Positions 1-10,316 of a stretch of 64,000 nt of DNA are shown piece by piece; positions within the stretch are counted from its first letter, which is position 1, and each line of letters begins with the position of its first letter. The position numbers and the translations under genes are program-made. The notes under the pieces are model-generated. The model saw nothing but the letters and a program-made list of their open reading frames with translations, did no database searches and had not been told where the DNA came from. Source of the stretch: Promethearchaeota archaeon. Lineage in GTDB: Archaea > Asgardarchaeota > Thorarchaeia > Thorarchaeales > Thorarchaeaceae. The stretch lies in assembly GCA_014728035.1 (NCBI GenBank), contig WJMJ01000059.1:256001-320000 (forward strand), in the 5' to 3' direction.

Positions 1-1
1 A

Positions 2-3000
2 CTGAATGCACCTCCATCAATCCGTAATTTATATTCGGTATTGGATATACCTCTTTCACAGCGTGTTCAAGATAACATATCACAATTTGACACGCTTAAT
101 GCTTTTGAGAATTCTAGCGCTTTAGATGTCGCTTTATACGTAGAACAATATTTCAAGAGCACTTTTGACCTCATGATGGATCCTGATGAATACTCGGAGC
201 GCCCATCTGATGGACAGGAAGTGACTGATTGGTTTATCGAACGTGGTGGTGGTCTTCCAATGGATTTTGCTACAGCATATTCAGTCTATATGAGAAGTCT
301 TGACATTCCTGCACGAGTAACAATGGGTTATGCAGTTGGTGATCAAGATGGTGACCAACGAATCATTCGTGTTCGCCATATGATGTTCTGGGCGGAAGTG
401 TTCATCCCTACAAGTGATGGTGGAGATTGGATTCAAGTCATTCCATTCTCACTAACCCCTGATATGGGTGGGGGGCAAACTCCCGAAAATGTTGATGAAA
501 CTAGTATCGAATTATACGCTTTTCCTGCTGATTTGGACTTTCCATATGGTGTGATTGGTGAAGATGCGTATATTGGTGCAGCAATGAGTGCCGAAGGTTT
601 CTTTATTTCCCAACCAGAAACTATCACCTTTTATGATCATACCGATGAGGTTGTTATGGGATCCACAACAATACAACCTGGGGAGTTGTTCCCACTTGCT
701 AATTTGACCTATGTATTTCCCGAAGGATCCTTTATTGGCCAACATAATATTTCGGCAACATGGACCGGTCCTGATTTTTCCGTTTCCAATTGGACCTATA
801 TCACAGTTGGTGGTTCAGCTTCACCAGTTAGCCTCCCATCTATTAGTGCTATTGATGGATTTATCAGAGACACACCTGATGTTATTGATCCAAAGACGGT
901 CCAAGTTAACATTGCGAATGGGTTTGACAATCATACAGCATATTGGGATGACACGATTTCTGTTCAAGGTGTTTTAACAGTAGGTGGTTCTCCAGTTAAC
1001 GGGTCTACTTTGGAAAACGACCAAGTTCAGATTATGTGGGATAACGTATTTTATGCTAATGCTACAATTGCTGAAGACGGTTCTTATTCACTTGATATTT
1101 TTGTAGACCCATTTGATTTTGTTAGAATGACTGTTGGAGGACATGAGATCAAGTCGTATTATGCTGGAGAATTTACGGAAAGCAATGTTATTTTTCCTGG
1201 AGAGTCTCAACCCTCAACCGTTACAGTGCAAGGCATTGTTAGTTTCACATACTCTGTAACTCCCACCCTTACTTTCCGTGGTGATGTTATAGAATTCGAA
1301 GGTGTTGCTCAATTAAGAAATGGCACTACATTAGATGGTATTACAGTTGGAATCATTTTCGATGGTGTTTTGGTAAACACCACGACAAGCAATTCTTCTG
1401 GAGGATTTTTAGGATATTACACAATTCCTGGTGCAACCCCTTCCGGTTCTTATCCCGCATCTGTAAATTGGACCTCACCAGGCTCTGGTATTTACGCTAA
1501 TATTAGTGGTGATACGAGTACTGAAGTCTTTATAGATGTACAGACAGGAGCAACTGACTTGACTATTCAGACAAATCCCATAGCTCCAGGTCCTATTCAT
1601 ATTTTCGAATCAGTAACGGTATTTGGTAATCTTACTGAAACTGAAACTGGTAACGGTATAGTCGGTCGTGAAATTACAATATATTGGGAATCCGACTCTG
1701 TTATCAATTTAGGAACAGTCACTACCGGAACAGGTGGATATTATGAACTAACATTTGGAGTTCCAGATGGCTACCTTGGCAATGTTACTATTTGGTCCGT
1801 ATTTGATGCTGTTTCCGACCCAAGCTACTTGCCTACTGAATCGTTCAACCGGACAATGACTGTAGTAAAATGGCTTACTCAGGTGCAAGTATCCGTTGAC
1901 CCAAATCCTGTTCATCTATTAGAGGATCTCTCTATTGATGTTCGAGTATATCTACCTGAGAATGGAAGCTATTTGTCTAATGCTCCAGTTACAATATGGT
2001 GGCAAAACAGCACAACTACTCATAACCTTACAATTGAGATTACGAACTCAACTGGCTGGATTCATTATCAATATACAATTCCTATAGACCACTCATTTGA
2101 AATAGTAAACATAACCGCTCAATTTATCTCTCCCGCACTTGCCTATTCTGATAATGTATCTAGCTCATATTTTGTACAAATAACAAACTATCTTACAACA
2201 TTGACAATTAACTCAAACTCAACAGTTTATCATTTGAATGAGACTGCTTTCATATGGGGCTATTTGGAACATGAGAATGGAACCGGCTTATCGGGACAAT
2301 CCATCACAATCAATTGGGACTGGAATAATGGAACTGTGGATGTAATCCCTGTCGTAACAAATTCAACTGGTCATTTTGAGTATATCTATTCATTTTCATT
2401 AGCCGATGGTGAAGGAACAATTGACATAAATGCGACATATACAAGCCCCACAATTCTATACAATGGTTCTGTAGCTTACTTGATGCCATCGATGATTCAT
2501 CAGCTTTATCAACTTAGTCTTACTGGTGATTTTGATCAAACTCCTGCTGAGTATCATCTTGATGAATCATTCATATTCTCTGGCTCTCTCAGTTTTGTCG
2601 AGAATGGTAATCCCATATCTGGTGCAACAATTGTAATTAGCTACCTGAATAGTTCGGGAGTATTTACCTTCGATAAAGTCACTAACTCATCTGGTGGATA
2701 TTCTTTCCAGTACAATTGCACACTTAATGATGCACTTGGTGCAATTTACGTTTGGGCATCTTATCTTAGTACTGATCCTTTGTGGGAGAATGCCCAGTCT
2801 GTAAATAGAACCGCAGATTTAATTCTCTATCAAATGTCATTAACTATTAACACAGATACCAGCTCATACTTCCTTGATGAGATAGTTACCGTGACTGGAC
2901 AACTAACCTTCCAAGATAATGGAACTGAATTAGCTGACAAACCTATCCGGGTATGGTGGAATAATGGGTCTGCGTATGCTTTTGAATGGTATATAACAAA

Positions 3001-6000
3001 TAGTACTGGACACTTTACCTTTCTATACAATCTTTCTTTAGATGATGCTACTGGTATGGTTGATATTTGGGCTGAGTTTGAAAATACAATTCCTTTATGG
3101 GATAATGCAACCTCAAGTACGGTACAAATTCTACTCGAACTTTACCAATTTGATTTGACCATCTCAACGAATAGTTCTTCATATTTCTTAGATGAAGTTG
3201 TTTATGTAACTGGGCAGCTAGTATTCTCTCACAATAGTACTCCAGTAGAAAATGGTGCAATTCGTATCCTTTGGAATAACGGAAGTGTGTTTCAGTTCCA
3301 GTGGTACTATACTGATAGTTCTGGACAATTCGACTTTTACTATAACCTTTCAACATCGGATGCTACTGGTACTGTTCTTATTCAAGTGGAATTTGAAAAC
3401 ATTAATCCATTATGGAACAACGCATCATCAAATTCTGTATCTATTGATTTAGATTATTACTCGTTCACTCTAGGTATTGCTACAGATGCTGGATTCTACT
3501 TCTTAGATGAAGTTGTACATGTATATGGACAATTAACATATACGCACAATGGCACTGAATTGGTTGGTGCACCTATTCGTATCTCTTGGAATAATGGATC
3601 AACATGGTTCTTTCAGTGGTATTATACAAACAGTACTGGGTACTATAACTTCTATTACAATCTCTCCCCCTCCGAAGGTGAGGGAAACATCGATATCCGT
3701 GCATATTTTGAGAATACCAATCCTTTGTGGAATAATGCTACTTCACTTCTGCACTCGATTAGTATTGGTAAATATTCGACAACTATGACCGTCATGTTAT
3801 CGCCTAATCCAGTTTATCTTAACGAGACCCTGACAATTTACATATATCTCCAGTTTAGTCATAATAGCTCGGGAGTTTCTGCTCAACAAGTCAATCTTTA
3901 CTGGAACAATGGGACTGAATTTTTCATAGCCTCCATCATTACTGATGCAAATGGTGAATACTGGTACACCTATTCGAAGATGGATGAAGATACAATCTGG
4001 ACCGGAATAACTATTCATGGAGAATATGCCGGAAATGCTCTCATCGCAGGGGTGAATTCAACAGGACAAGGATTGACACTACAGCAGTGGCCAACAATAT
4101 TCACAGGTGTCAATACTGGTGGAATTACTATCTATCACCTCACTGAAACTATCATAATATCTGGAACTTTGTATTATGACACCAATCCCGATGTCGTATT
4201 TGGCGGTGCAACTATTGATTTATTACTTGATGGCTGGCTTGCAAATCAAACCGTGACCGGGTCCGATGGATCATTTACGGCCTATTGGTATATCAATGAA
4301 TCAGTTTCCTATAGTACTTACACTCTTACCGTTCGATATCTGTCCGGTGTCAATTGGATTGCCGATGCAAGTGATTCGCTATTTATTTCTATTACAGAGA
4401 ATGCACTATCTTGGATATTCACAGTGTCACCTACTCCTGTTAATTTGGGTCAATCTGTTAGCATAACTGGCACTCTACTCTTAGAAAATGGAACTGGGTA
4501 TGCTGGTGCAAGCGTGAATCTATATTGGCGTCATGAATCTGGCCCCGATATCTTCATCACCTCTGTAGTTACACTTGGAGATGGTTCCTTTAGCTACAGC
4601 CATTTTATCGATTTATCAACTCCTCTCGGTGACAGCGATTTCTGGGCAAACTGCACCCCTGCAGACTCCCACATTGCAGCTGGTCAGTCCCCAATTCGTA
4701 CAATTCTAATTCAAACCATTGCAGTGGAACTAACTTGCTCAACAGATACAGGGTCTGACTATCGAGGTAGTTCCGTTACAATTTCTGGATTATTGACCTT
4801 TTCAAATGGGACTCCAATGTCAGGATATAACATTGGTATATTTTGGAATGGTGCATTGCTCACGAATAGAACCACTGATGGTTCTGGCTCTTACTCTTAT
4901 TCTTTCATAATTGGTTGGACTGTTCCTGTTGGGACAATCTCCTATTATGCAGTATTTACACGTCCAGATGCGTCCTATGCGCATGCACAAAGCCAAACAA
5001 GGAATTTCGACATTCGTGACCTCATTCAACTAACTTTGTATCCACAGACAATAACCGAGATTACTGCTGGCGAAGAACTCGCCGTTTCCGGTTATGTTAC
5101 AAATGGAAATAATAGTGTTGAAGGGGTTTTCATCCAAATTGTGTTTGATTCTTCTCTGCAATCTGAGGGGGCGACAACAGATTCTATTGGTGAATTCCTT
5201 ATTTCCTACACAATACCCACCTCTACTGCAGTAGGTGACCATACGATAAGCATTGGGGTAGTTTCATCGTACTATGACCTGTCCAGTACTCCAGACTCGT
5301 GGATCATTTCAGTGCAGGCAGACTCTGAAATCGAGGTGGAGTTTGTTAGCCTCGCTGACACAATGGTTGGCGAAACTATCACTTTTCGATTCCATGTACA
5401 ACGAACGAGTGGTGAGCTAATTACCAATGGATCAGTTACAATTGAGCTGGGAAATACCGTAATCGGCACCTATTCGATTGCGTCTAGCACGTGGACAGAA
5501 CACGCCTTTACAATACCTCTCTCTTGGTCTGAAGGAAGTGGGTTATTCACTCTGCATGCAATTTACTCAGGTATAGCCGACATCGCTGGGTCCGAAGCAG
5601 AATCCGATGATTCAATACACATATTCTCACGGGATGTTGTTTTTGATACAAGCCAGACTCTCTCGGTAGTAATTCCCGGGCAACCTCTTGTGATTACTGT
5701 TATACTTACAGATGACTCTACCGAACCAATTCCGATTAAGAATAGGGATGTTCGAATTGACCTTAACGGAACCGATTCTGTTCGACTCACAACAAATGAT
5801 GCAGGTAGAGTTAGCTATACTGCTTTCGAAGCAGCTCCAGAAGGTCAATTTAATTTTACCATAGTTTTATTGTCCACAACGATAGATGTCCAGTCTGATA
5901 CACAAATAGTCCAAATAGGAATAGTACCTATTCCTGGATTGGACACCGCACTAATTATTATGTGGGTTGTTATCATTGCTATCGAGGTGGTTGTTGCCAT

Positions 6001-6106
6001 GATTATCTTTGCTAGATATGGTGCAGCAATCTCACGATGGACAAGACGTTTCCGTTTCCGGATGTGGGATGGAACAAAACTCAGTCAATACATAAAACAC
6101 GGGTGA
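2..6106 (+). CDS. Giant membrane-anchored surface glycoprotein: inactive transglutaminase-like domain plus many Ig-like repeats (5' end lies upstream of the window)
   Basis: Frame is open from nt 2. TGase-like core FATA..MRSLDIPARVTMGY..G..WAEV..W, followed by ~100-aa beta-rich repeats (TnstG.y.f.y), many N-x-S/T sequons, a C-terminal TM helix and a basic tail. Confidence 0.85.
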   Translation: MNAPPSIRNLYSVLDIPLSQRVQDNISQFDTLNAFENSSALDVALYVEQYFKSTFDLMMDPDEYSERPSDGQEVTDWFIERGGGLPMDFATAYSVYMRSLDIPARVTMGYAVGDQDGDQRIIRVRHMMFWAEVFIPTSDGGDWIQVIPFSLTPDMGGGQTPENVDETSIELYAFPADLDFPYGVIGEDAYIGAAMSAEGFFISQPETITFYDHTDEVVMGSTTIQPGELFPLANLTYVFPEGSFIGQHNISATWTGPDFSVSNWTYITVGGSASPVSLPSISAIDGFIRDTPDVIDPKTVQVNIANGFDNHTAYWDDTISVQGVLTVGGSPVNGSTLENDQVQIMWDNVFYANATIAEDGSYSLDIFVDPFDFVRMTVGGHEIKSYYAGEFTESNVIFPGESQPSTVTVQGIVSFTYSVTPTLTFRGDVIEFEGVAQLRNGTTLDGITVGIIFDGVLVNTTTSNSSGGFLGYYTIPGATPSGSYPASVNWTSPGSGIYANISGDTSTEVFIDVQTGATDLTIQTNPIAPGPIHIFESVTVFGNLTETETGNGIVGREITIYWESDSVINLGTVTTGTGGYYELTFGVPDGYLGNVTIWSVFDAVSDPSYLPTESFNRTMTVVKWLTQVQVSVDPNPVHLLEDLSIDVRVYLPENGSYLSNAPVTIWWQNSTTTHNLTIEITNSTGWIHYQYTIPIDHSFEIVNITAQFISPALAYSDNVSSSYFVQITNYLTTLTINSNSTVYHLNETAFIWGYLEHENGTGLSGQSITINWDWNNGTVDVIPVVTNSTGHFEYIYSFSLADGEGTIDINATYTSPTILYNGSVAYLMPSMIHQLYQLSLTGDFDQTPAEYHLDESFIFSGSLSFVENGNPISGATIVISYLNSSGVFTFDKVTNSSGGYSFQYNCTLNDALGAIYVWASYLSTDPLWENAQSVNRTADLILYQMSLTINTDTSSYFLDEIVTVTGQLTFQDNGTELADKPIRVWWNNGSAYAFEWYITNSTGHFTFLYNLSLDDATGMVDIWAEFENTIPLWDNATSSTVQILLELYQFDLTISTNSSSYFLDEVVYVTGQLVFSHNSTPVENGAIRILWNNGSVFQFQWYYTDSSGQFDFYYNLSTSDATGTVLIQVEFENINPLWNNASSNSVSIDLDYYSFTLGIATDAGFYFLDEVVHVYGQLTYTHNGTELVGAPIRISWNNGSTWFFQWYYTNSTGYYNFYYNLSPSEGEGNIDIRAYFENTNPLWNNATSLLHSISIGKYSTTMTVMLSPNPVYLNETLTIYIYLQFSHNSSGVSAQQVNLYWNNGTEFFIASIITDANGEYWYTYSKMDEDTIWTGITIHGEYAGNALIAGVNSTGQGLTLQQWPTIFTGVNTGGITIYHLTETIIISGTLYYDTNPDVVFGGATIDLLLDGWLANQTVTGSDGSFTAYWYINESVSYSTYTLTVRYLSGVNWIADASDSLFISITENALSWIFTVSPTPVNLGQSVSITGTLLLENGTGYAGASVNLYWRHESGPDIFITSVVTLGDGSFSYSHFIDLSTPLGDSDFWANCTPADSHIAAGQSPIRTILIQTIAVELTCSTDTGSDYRGSSVTISGLLTFSNGTPMSGYNIGIFWNGALLTNRTTDGSGSYSYSFIIGWTVPVGTISYYAVFTRPDASYAHAQSQTRNFDIRDLIQLTLYPQTITEITAGEELAVSGYVTNGNNSVEGVFIQIVFDSSLQSEGATTDSIGEFLISYTIPTSTAVGDHTISIGVVSSYYDLSSTPDSWIISVQADSEIEVEFVSLADTMVGETITFRFHVQRTSGELITNGSVTIELGNTVIGTYSIASSTWTEHAFTIPLSWSEGSGLFTLHAIYSGIADIAGSEAESDDSIHIFSRDVVFDTSQTLSVVIPGQPLVITVILTDDSTEPIPIKNRDVRIDLNGTDSVRLTTNDAGRVSYTAFEAAPEGQFNFTIVLLSTTIDVQSDTQIVQIGIVPIPGLDTALIIMWVVIIAIEVVVAMIIFARYGAAISRWTRRFRFRMWDGTKLSQYIKHG
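2820..3780 (+). repeat. Three highly similar 105-aa (315-bp) Ig-like tandem repeats within the giant protein
   Basis: YFLDE codons start at 2867, 3182 and 3497 (exact 315-nt period). Shared motifs WNNGS..F.WY.T, YNLS and FEN..PLW.NA.S. Confidence 0.9.
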
Positions 6107-6114
6107 TATAATAA

Positions 6115-6558
6115 ATGCAACTTCAAATAATCCTTCCAGCAGCAGCTCTTAGTGGTGCAATAGTCGTTGTACTATTGTACCTCTATCTGGTCAAAGGTAT
6201 GTTCAGAAGGCCTGTAAGTCCAACAGGTGTGGATATTCCTGGAAAGCTGAGGAATATCAAAAAGCTCGCAAATGCTGGAAAGTATGGTGCAGCAATTACT
6301 TTAGCGTATCGAACGTTCGAACAGATGTGTGGAGCAAGGATTGGCTCAGAAAGAGCTAACTCCGAAACAGCTCGTGAATATCTTGAACGTGTGCTTAAGA
6401 CACTTCCATTGGACACAGCTACTTTGGAAGAGTTTGTTGATACATATGAGGAAGCGCGATTCTCAAATCATGAGATGTCTCAAGATCGATATGAGTATGC
6501 AATTAGGGTGTTTACTGACATCTATCCAAAAATCGATTCGACTGCACGTGTAGAATGA
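6115..6558 (+). CDS. DUF4129 domain protein with N-terminal TM helix
   Basis: R..SETAREY...YEEARFS motif; MoxR operon context. Confidence 0.85.
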   Translation: MQLQIILPAAALSGAIVVVLLYLYLVKGMFRRPVSPTGVDIPGKLRNIKKLANAGKYGAAITLAYRTFEQMCGARIGSERANSETAREYLERVLKTLPLDTATLEEFVDTYEEARFSNHEMSQDRYEYAIRVFTDIYPKIDSTARVE

Positions 6559-6581
6559 ACAGTAATTGGTGGAAGTAGTAA

Positions 6582-7973
6582 ATGGGCTGGAAAGAAGTTC
6601 TTCAAATAATCGTATTCGCTCTGGCATGGTTTCCTGTGGGTATACTGGTGAGTACCAGTGTATCTGGAGGTGAAGAAATATACCAACATGATTTCAGTAT
6701 TTATAATGACGCTTACGACGGGTTAAGCCAATACCGTCTTGCCATTGAGAATGTAAATTATGATGTAGAAACTATACAGTCCTCCATGAGTGTAATTTCA
6801 AGATATAATGGGTCTGCTGTTTTGGTAATAATGGGTCCGGTCCAGGATTTCACTATTGATGCAGTCTTAACAATATTCAACCATTTACAAGCTGGTGGGG
6901 GTGTTCTTATTGCAGATGATTTTGGTACTGCCAATCGTTCATTTGGTTTGCTTAACACACTCTTAGATGGAATATTTACGGGCCAATTACCAGTTGATGT
7001 TCAAGGTTTCTTATCATATACTGATGGAGTCCTTTTAGATTTGGATTCATATGATAGATCCCCAAAGCTCCCAGTGATTCGTGACCTTCGAATTGGACTT
7101 GATGGTGGTGCGTTAACCCAAGGAGTTTCAGAGCTCCGTCTTAATTGGGCGACCGCAATAAATCCAAGATGTTTGATTGGAGCTGCTGGTATTGCATTTA
7201 CTACTATCAGATCTTGGTGTGAAACAGACATTGAAGACACCAACCCTGCACCTGATGAACACGAATGGGCTGGAGCTCTTCCTGTTGCTGGTGCTATTGA
7301 TTTAGGCGCTGGTGGATTAAGTGGTCGTATCGTTGCTGTTAGTGACCCAAGTATGTTCAATAATGATATGTGGGGCAGATCCCCAGGAAATCGGCAGTTC
7401 GGCATGAATATTGTTAATTGGTTATCACATGGAGATAATTCTATACCCGTGGTCTTCAGTGAGAATCTTCTAGCTGTACCTGTCAATTCTCCCGAATGGT
7501 TTTTTGGTGCCTATCTTAGTAGAATTCTTTGGATGAGTACCAATCCTATACTAGCTCCAATTTATCCACTTATGACCGCAATAGGAATCAGAAAGTATCT
7601 GCCAGACATGAAGAAGGTTGAGGTCAAATCAGTTTCAGAAGTTTTCCTTCGTCGTGGACAGACCTATTTCAGTGAGCGAATGGCGTACTACAGAACCGAG
7701 GGAAATTATGCAAGAGTAGTCAAGTTATTGTATCGAAAACTTCGACGAGACCTACGTAGAAAACAACACATGACTGAATTCAGTCCTGAAAAGACATGGG
7801 AACTTATCAAACATATAGATAGTAAGATGAAAAAACAAGAATTCTTCAAAACTTTTGAACGAATTGATGAAATCGCATCTGATCCGGGTAAAAAGATCCG
7901 TGAAAGTGAGATGATGGATTTGTTTTTCTTCCTTCGTACTATCACATCACAATTAATTGACTCAAAAAGTTAA
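6582..7973 (+). CDS. DUF4350 domain membrane protein
   Basis: GGGVLIADDFGTAN and GRIVAVSDPSMFNN motifs; N-terminal TM/signal; MoxR operon context. Confidence 0.8.
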   Translation: MGWKEVLQIIVFALAWFPVGILVSTSVSGGEEIYQHDFSIYNDAYDGLSQYRLAIENVNYDVETIQSSMSVISRYNGSAVLVIMGPVQDFTIDAVLTIFNHLQAGGGVLIADDFGTANRSFGLLNTLLDGIFTGQLPVDVQGFLSYTDGVLLDLDSYDRSPKLPVIRDLRIGLDGGALTQGVSELRLNWATAINPRCLIGAAGIAFTTIRSWCETDIEDTNPAPDEHEWAGALPVAGAIDLGAGGLSGRIVAVSDPSMFNNDMWGRSPGNRQFGMNIVNWLSHGDNSIPVVFSENLLAVPVNSPEWFFGAYLSRILWMSTNPILAPIYPLMTAIGIRKYLPDMKKVEVKSVSEVFLRRGQTYFSERMAYYRTEGNYARVVKLLYRKLRRDLRRKQHMTEFSPEKTWELIKHIDSKMKKQEFFKTFERIDEIASDPGKKIRESEMMDLFFFLRTITSQLIDSKS

Positions 7974-7987
7974 GGTGGAACAAAAAG

Positions 7988-8974
7988 ATGACATTAGAAG
8001 ATAGTGGATTAGGTCAGTCTGGTGGAATTGCACCGATGACCATAGATGAGGTGCACGAGCTCTCATCTGAAATCATCCGAGAATGCGGACGAGCCGTAGT
8101 TGGAAAAATCGACATCCTCCGAGATGTGCTGATTGCCTTTCTCTCAAACGGCCACGTTGTTCTTGAAGGTGTACCTGGCCTTGCAAAAACCTACATGGCG
8201 CGTACATTCTCATCCATTCTTGGTTGTGCTTTCAAGAGAATACAACTCACCGTTGACACACTTCCTGCTGATATTCTCGGAAGTAATGTGTTTAATCAAA
8301 AAAGTGGTGAGTTCTGGTTTAGGAAAGGACCTGTATTTGCCAATCTCGTTCTAGCTGACGAGATTAATCGTTGCCCTCCTAAGTCACAAAGTGCCCTCTT
8401 GGAAGTAATGGAAGAACGCCAAGTTTCAATTGAAGGAGTGACTAGAAAGCTTCCTAAACCATTCCTGATTATTGCAACACAGAATCCTGTTGAACAGGAA
8501 GGAACTTATCCTCTGCCTGAAGCACAACTGGACCGGTTCATGTTCCGATTGATATTAGATTATCCGACTGGCGCTGAAGAAGCTGAAGTCATCCGCAGAA
8601 AACATGTTGGCGACATAACCGACCTTCGTGTGCTAGCGGACCCAAGTACCCTTATTCGTATGCAAGAAGCATGCAAACAAGTATTCCTGGAAGAAGATAT
8701 CATCAGCTACATCCGTGATATAGTTATTCGGACTAGGAATGACCCACAGATCCTGTTAGGAGGCTCCCCACGTGCATCTTTGGTGCTCATGAATGCGTCC
8801 AAGACTAGAGCAGCTATGCATGGTCGTGATTATGTTATTCCTGAAGATGTTCGCAAACTCTGTGTTCAGACCTTGAATCATCGGCTTCTACTCAAACCCG
8901 AAGCCGAACTCGAAGGATTGACCGTTGAACGAATTGTATCCAAGATTCTTGGTGAAGTTGATTGTCCAAGATAG
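7988..8974 (+). CDS. moxR: MoxR family AAA+ ATPase
   Basis: Walker A GVPGLAKT, LADEINR, ATQNPVEQEGTYPLPEAQLDRF, SPRAS. Confidence 0.95.
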   Translation: MTLEDSGLGQSGGIAPMTIDEVHELSSEIIRECGRAVVGKIDILRDVLIAFLSNGHVVLEGVPGLAKTYMARTFSSILGCAFKRIQLTVDTLPADILGSNVFNQKSGEFWFRKGPVFANLVLADEINRCPPKSQSALLEVMEERQVSIEGVTRKLPKPFLIIATQNPVEQEGTYPLPEAQLDRFMFRLILDYPTGAEEAEVIRRKHVGDITDLRVLADPSTLIRMQEACKQVFLEEDIISYIRDIVIRTRNDPQILLGGSPRASLVLMNASKTRAAMHGRDYVIPEDVRKLCVQTLNHRLLLKPEAELEGLTVERIVSKILGEVDCPR

Positions 8975-8993
8975 TTGATTGAGGTAGATTCAC

Positions 8994-10316
8994 GTGATTA
9001 CTCAGAGAGGCTTTGTGGTGCTATTTGGAGGAATTCTTTTACTTACTAGTGGGTTTTCCTTCTATAATTTCTATTTGACTCTGTTAGGGGTCTATCTAAT
9101 TGTAGGGCTCGTTGTCACCTTGCCCCTCTTTGCAACCACCGCTAATATCGCTGGCATCGAGGTCGAACGTCGCATTAGCAAAGTGAAAGTCTTCTCTGGC
9201 GACTTCCTCCGGGTTCGAGTCACTGTGAAAAACACCTCTAGAAGGCACTTCGATTTCATCGAATGCTGGGACCGCTTTCCAGAAGTTTGGACGCTTGCAA
9301 TTGGTGAAAATTTCATTGCATCTCGGATTGAGCCGAACAGTAGTATAACCTTCTCGTATATACTCCAAGTTCGGATGCGTGGTCGGTACTATCTTGGTCC
9401 GACAGAGATAATCCTTCGAGACCGTCTGGGACTGCACTATTATCGACGTATAGTATTTGAGAAAACTGAGATTCTTGTGTATCCTACTTGGAAAGATGTT
9501 CGCCGTTTGGAATCGATGGGAAAACAGAGGCAGCTTGGACTCATGTTTGGCGCACACAGAACCAAAATCATTGGGATGGGTACTGACTTTGCAGGATTTC
9601 GAGAGTACCAGCCTGGAGACTCGTTCCGTTCTATTGACTGGAAGAGTAGTGCAAAACGGGGCGAGATGATGATTCGTCAATATGAGATGGAGAAGAACAT
9701 CCAGGTCGTATGTATGGTTGATACAAGTGGTAGTATGGGTAATGGATATCCCGAGAATACGAAATTGGAATATGCAATTCGAGCTGCGGTTCTATTGACT
9801 CATATGGGTCTCGAAAGAAAGGATCTTGTCGGCACATGTGTATTCAGTGAACTTGTTCATTCTTATGTTCCACCTTCAACACGACCAAATCACATGTACG
9901 ATGTTCTAGAAGCACTAGCAATGGCTGAGCCTTCTGGTTGGAGTGATTACGAATCTGCTATTTCCTATGTTATTTCCCAGACGCAAAAACGATCCTTTAT
10001 CATATGGCTTACTGATTTAGAAGAGAGTCCTGCTCCACTATTGAACGCTATGAAGACACTTGTTGCAAATGGGCACAAAGCTATGGTGATAAGTCCCTTT
10101 GGACCTTGGTTTGAAGCTCCTGTAGGACAATTCGGTCCGGTTGACAAAGTCTTAGCTGAAGCAGTTTCAGAAGAGTTATGGGAGCGAAGAACAAAGATTG
10201 CTAAAGCTCTGGCTCGTTTTGGTATTTCAGTAGTAAATGTTGGACCTGAAGACTTTCTTCCTACAATTATCAAGCAATATGAAACTGCTAAACAAAGAGG
10301 AGTTGCTATGTTTTGA
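8994..10316 (+). CDS. DUF58 / vWA domain protein, MoxR partner
   Basis: FREYQPGD..R.IDWK.SA motif; MIDAS-like DTSGSM; two N-terminal TM helices. Confidence 0.92.
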   Translation: MITQRGFVVLFGGILLLTSGFSFYNFYLTLLGVYLIVGLVVTLPLFATTANIAGIEVERRISKVKVFSGDFLRVRVTVKNTSRRHFDFIECWDRFPEVWTLAIGENFIASRIEPNSSITFSYILQVRMRGRYYLGPTEIILRDRLGLHYYRRIVFEKTEILVYPTWKDVRRLESMGKQRQLGLMFGAHRTKIIGMGTDFAGFREYQPGDSFRSIDWKSSAKRGEMMIRQYEMEKNIQVVCMVDTSGSMGNGYPENTKLEYAIRAAVLLTHMGLERKDLVGTCVFSELVHSYVPPSTRPNHMYDVLEALAMAEPSGWSDYESAISYVISQTQKRSFIIWLTDLEESPAPLLNAMKTLVANGHKAMVISPFGPWFEAPVGQFGPVDKVLAEAVSEELWERRTKIAKALARFGISVVNVGPEDFLPTIIKQYETAKQRGVAMF

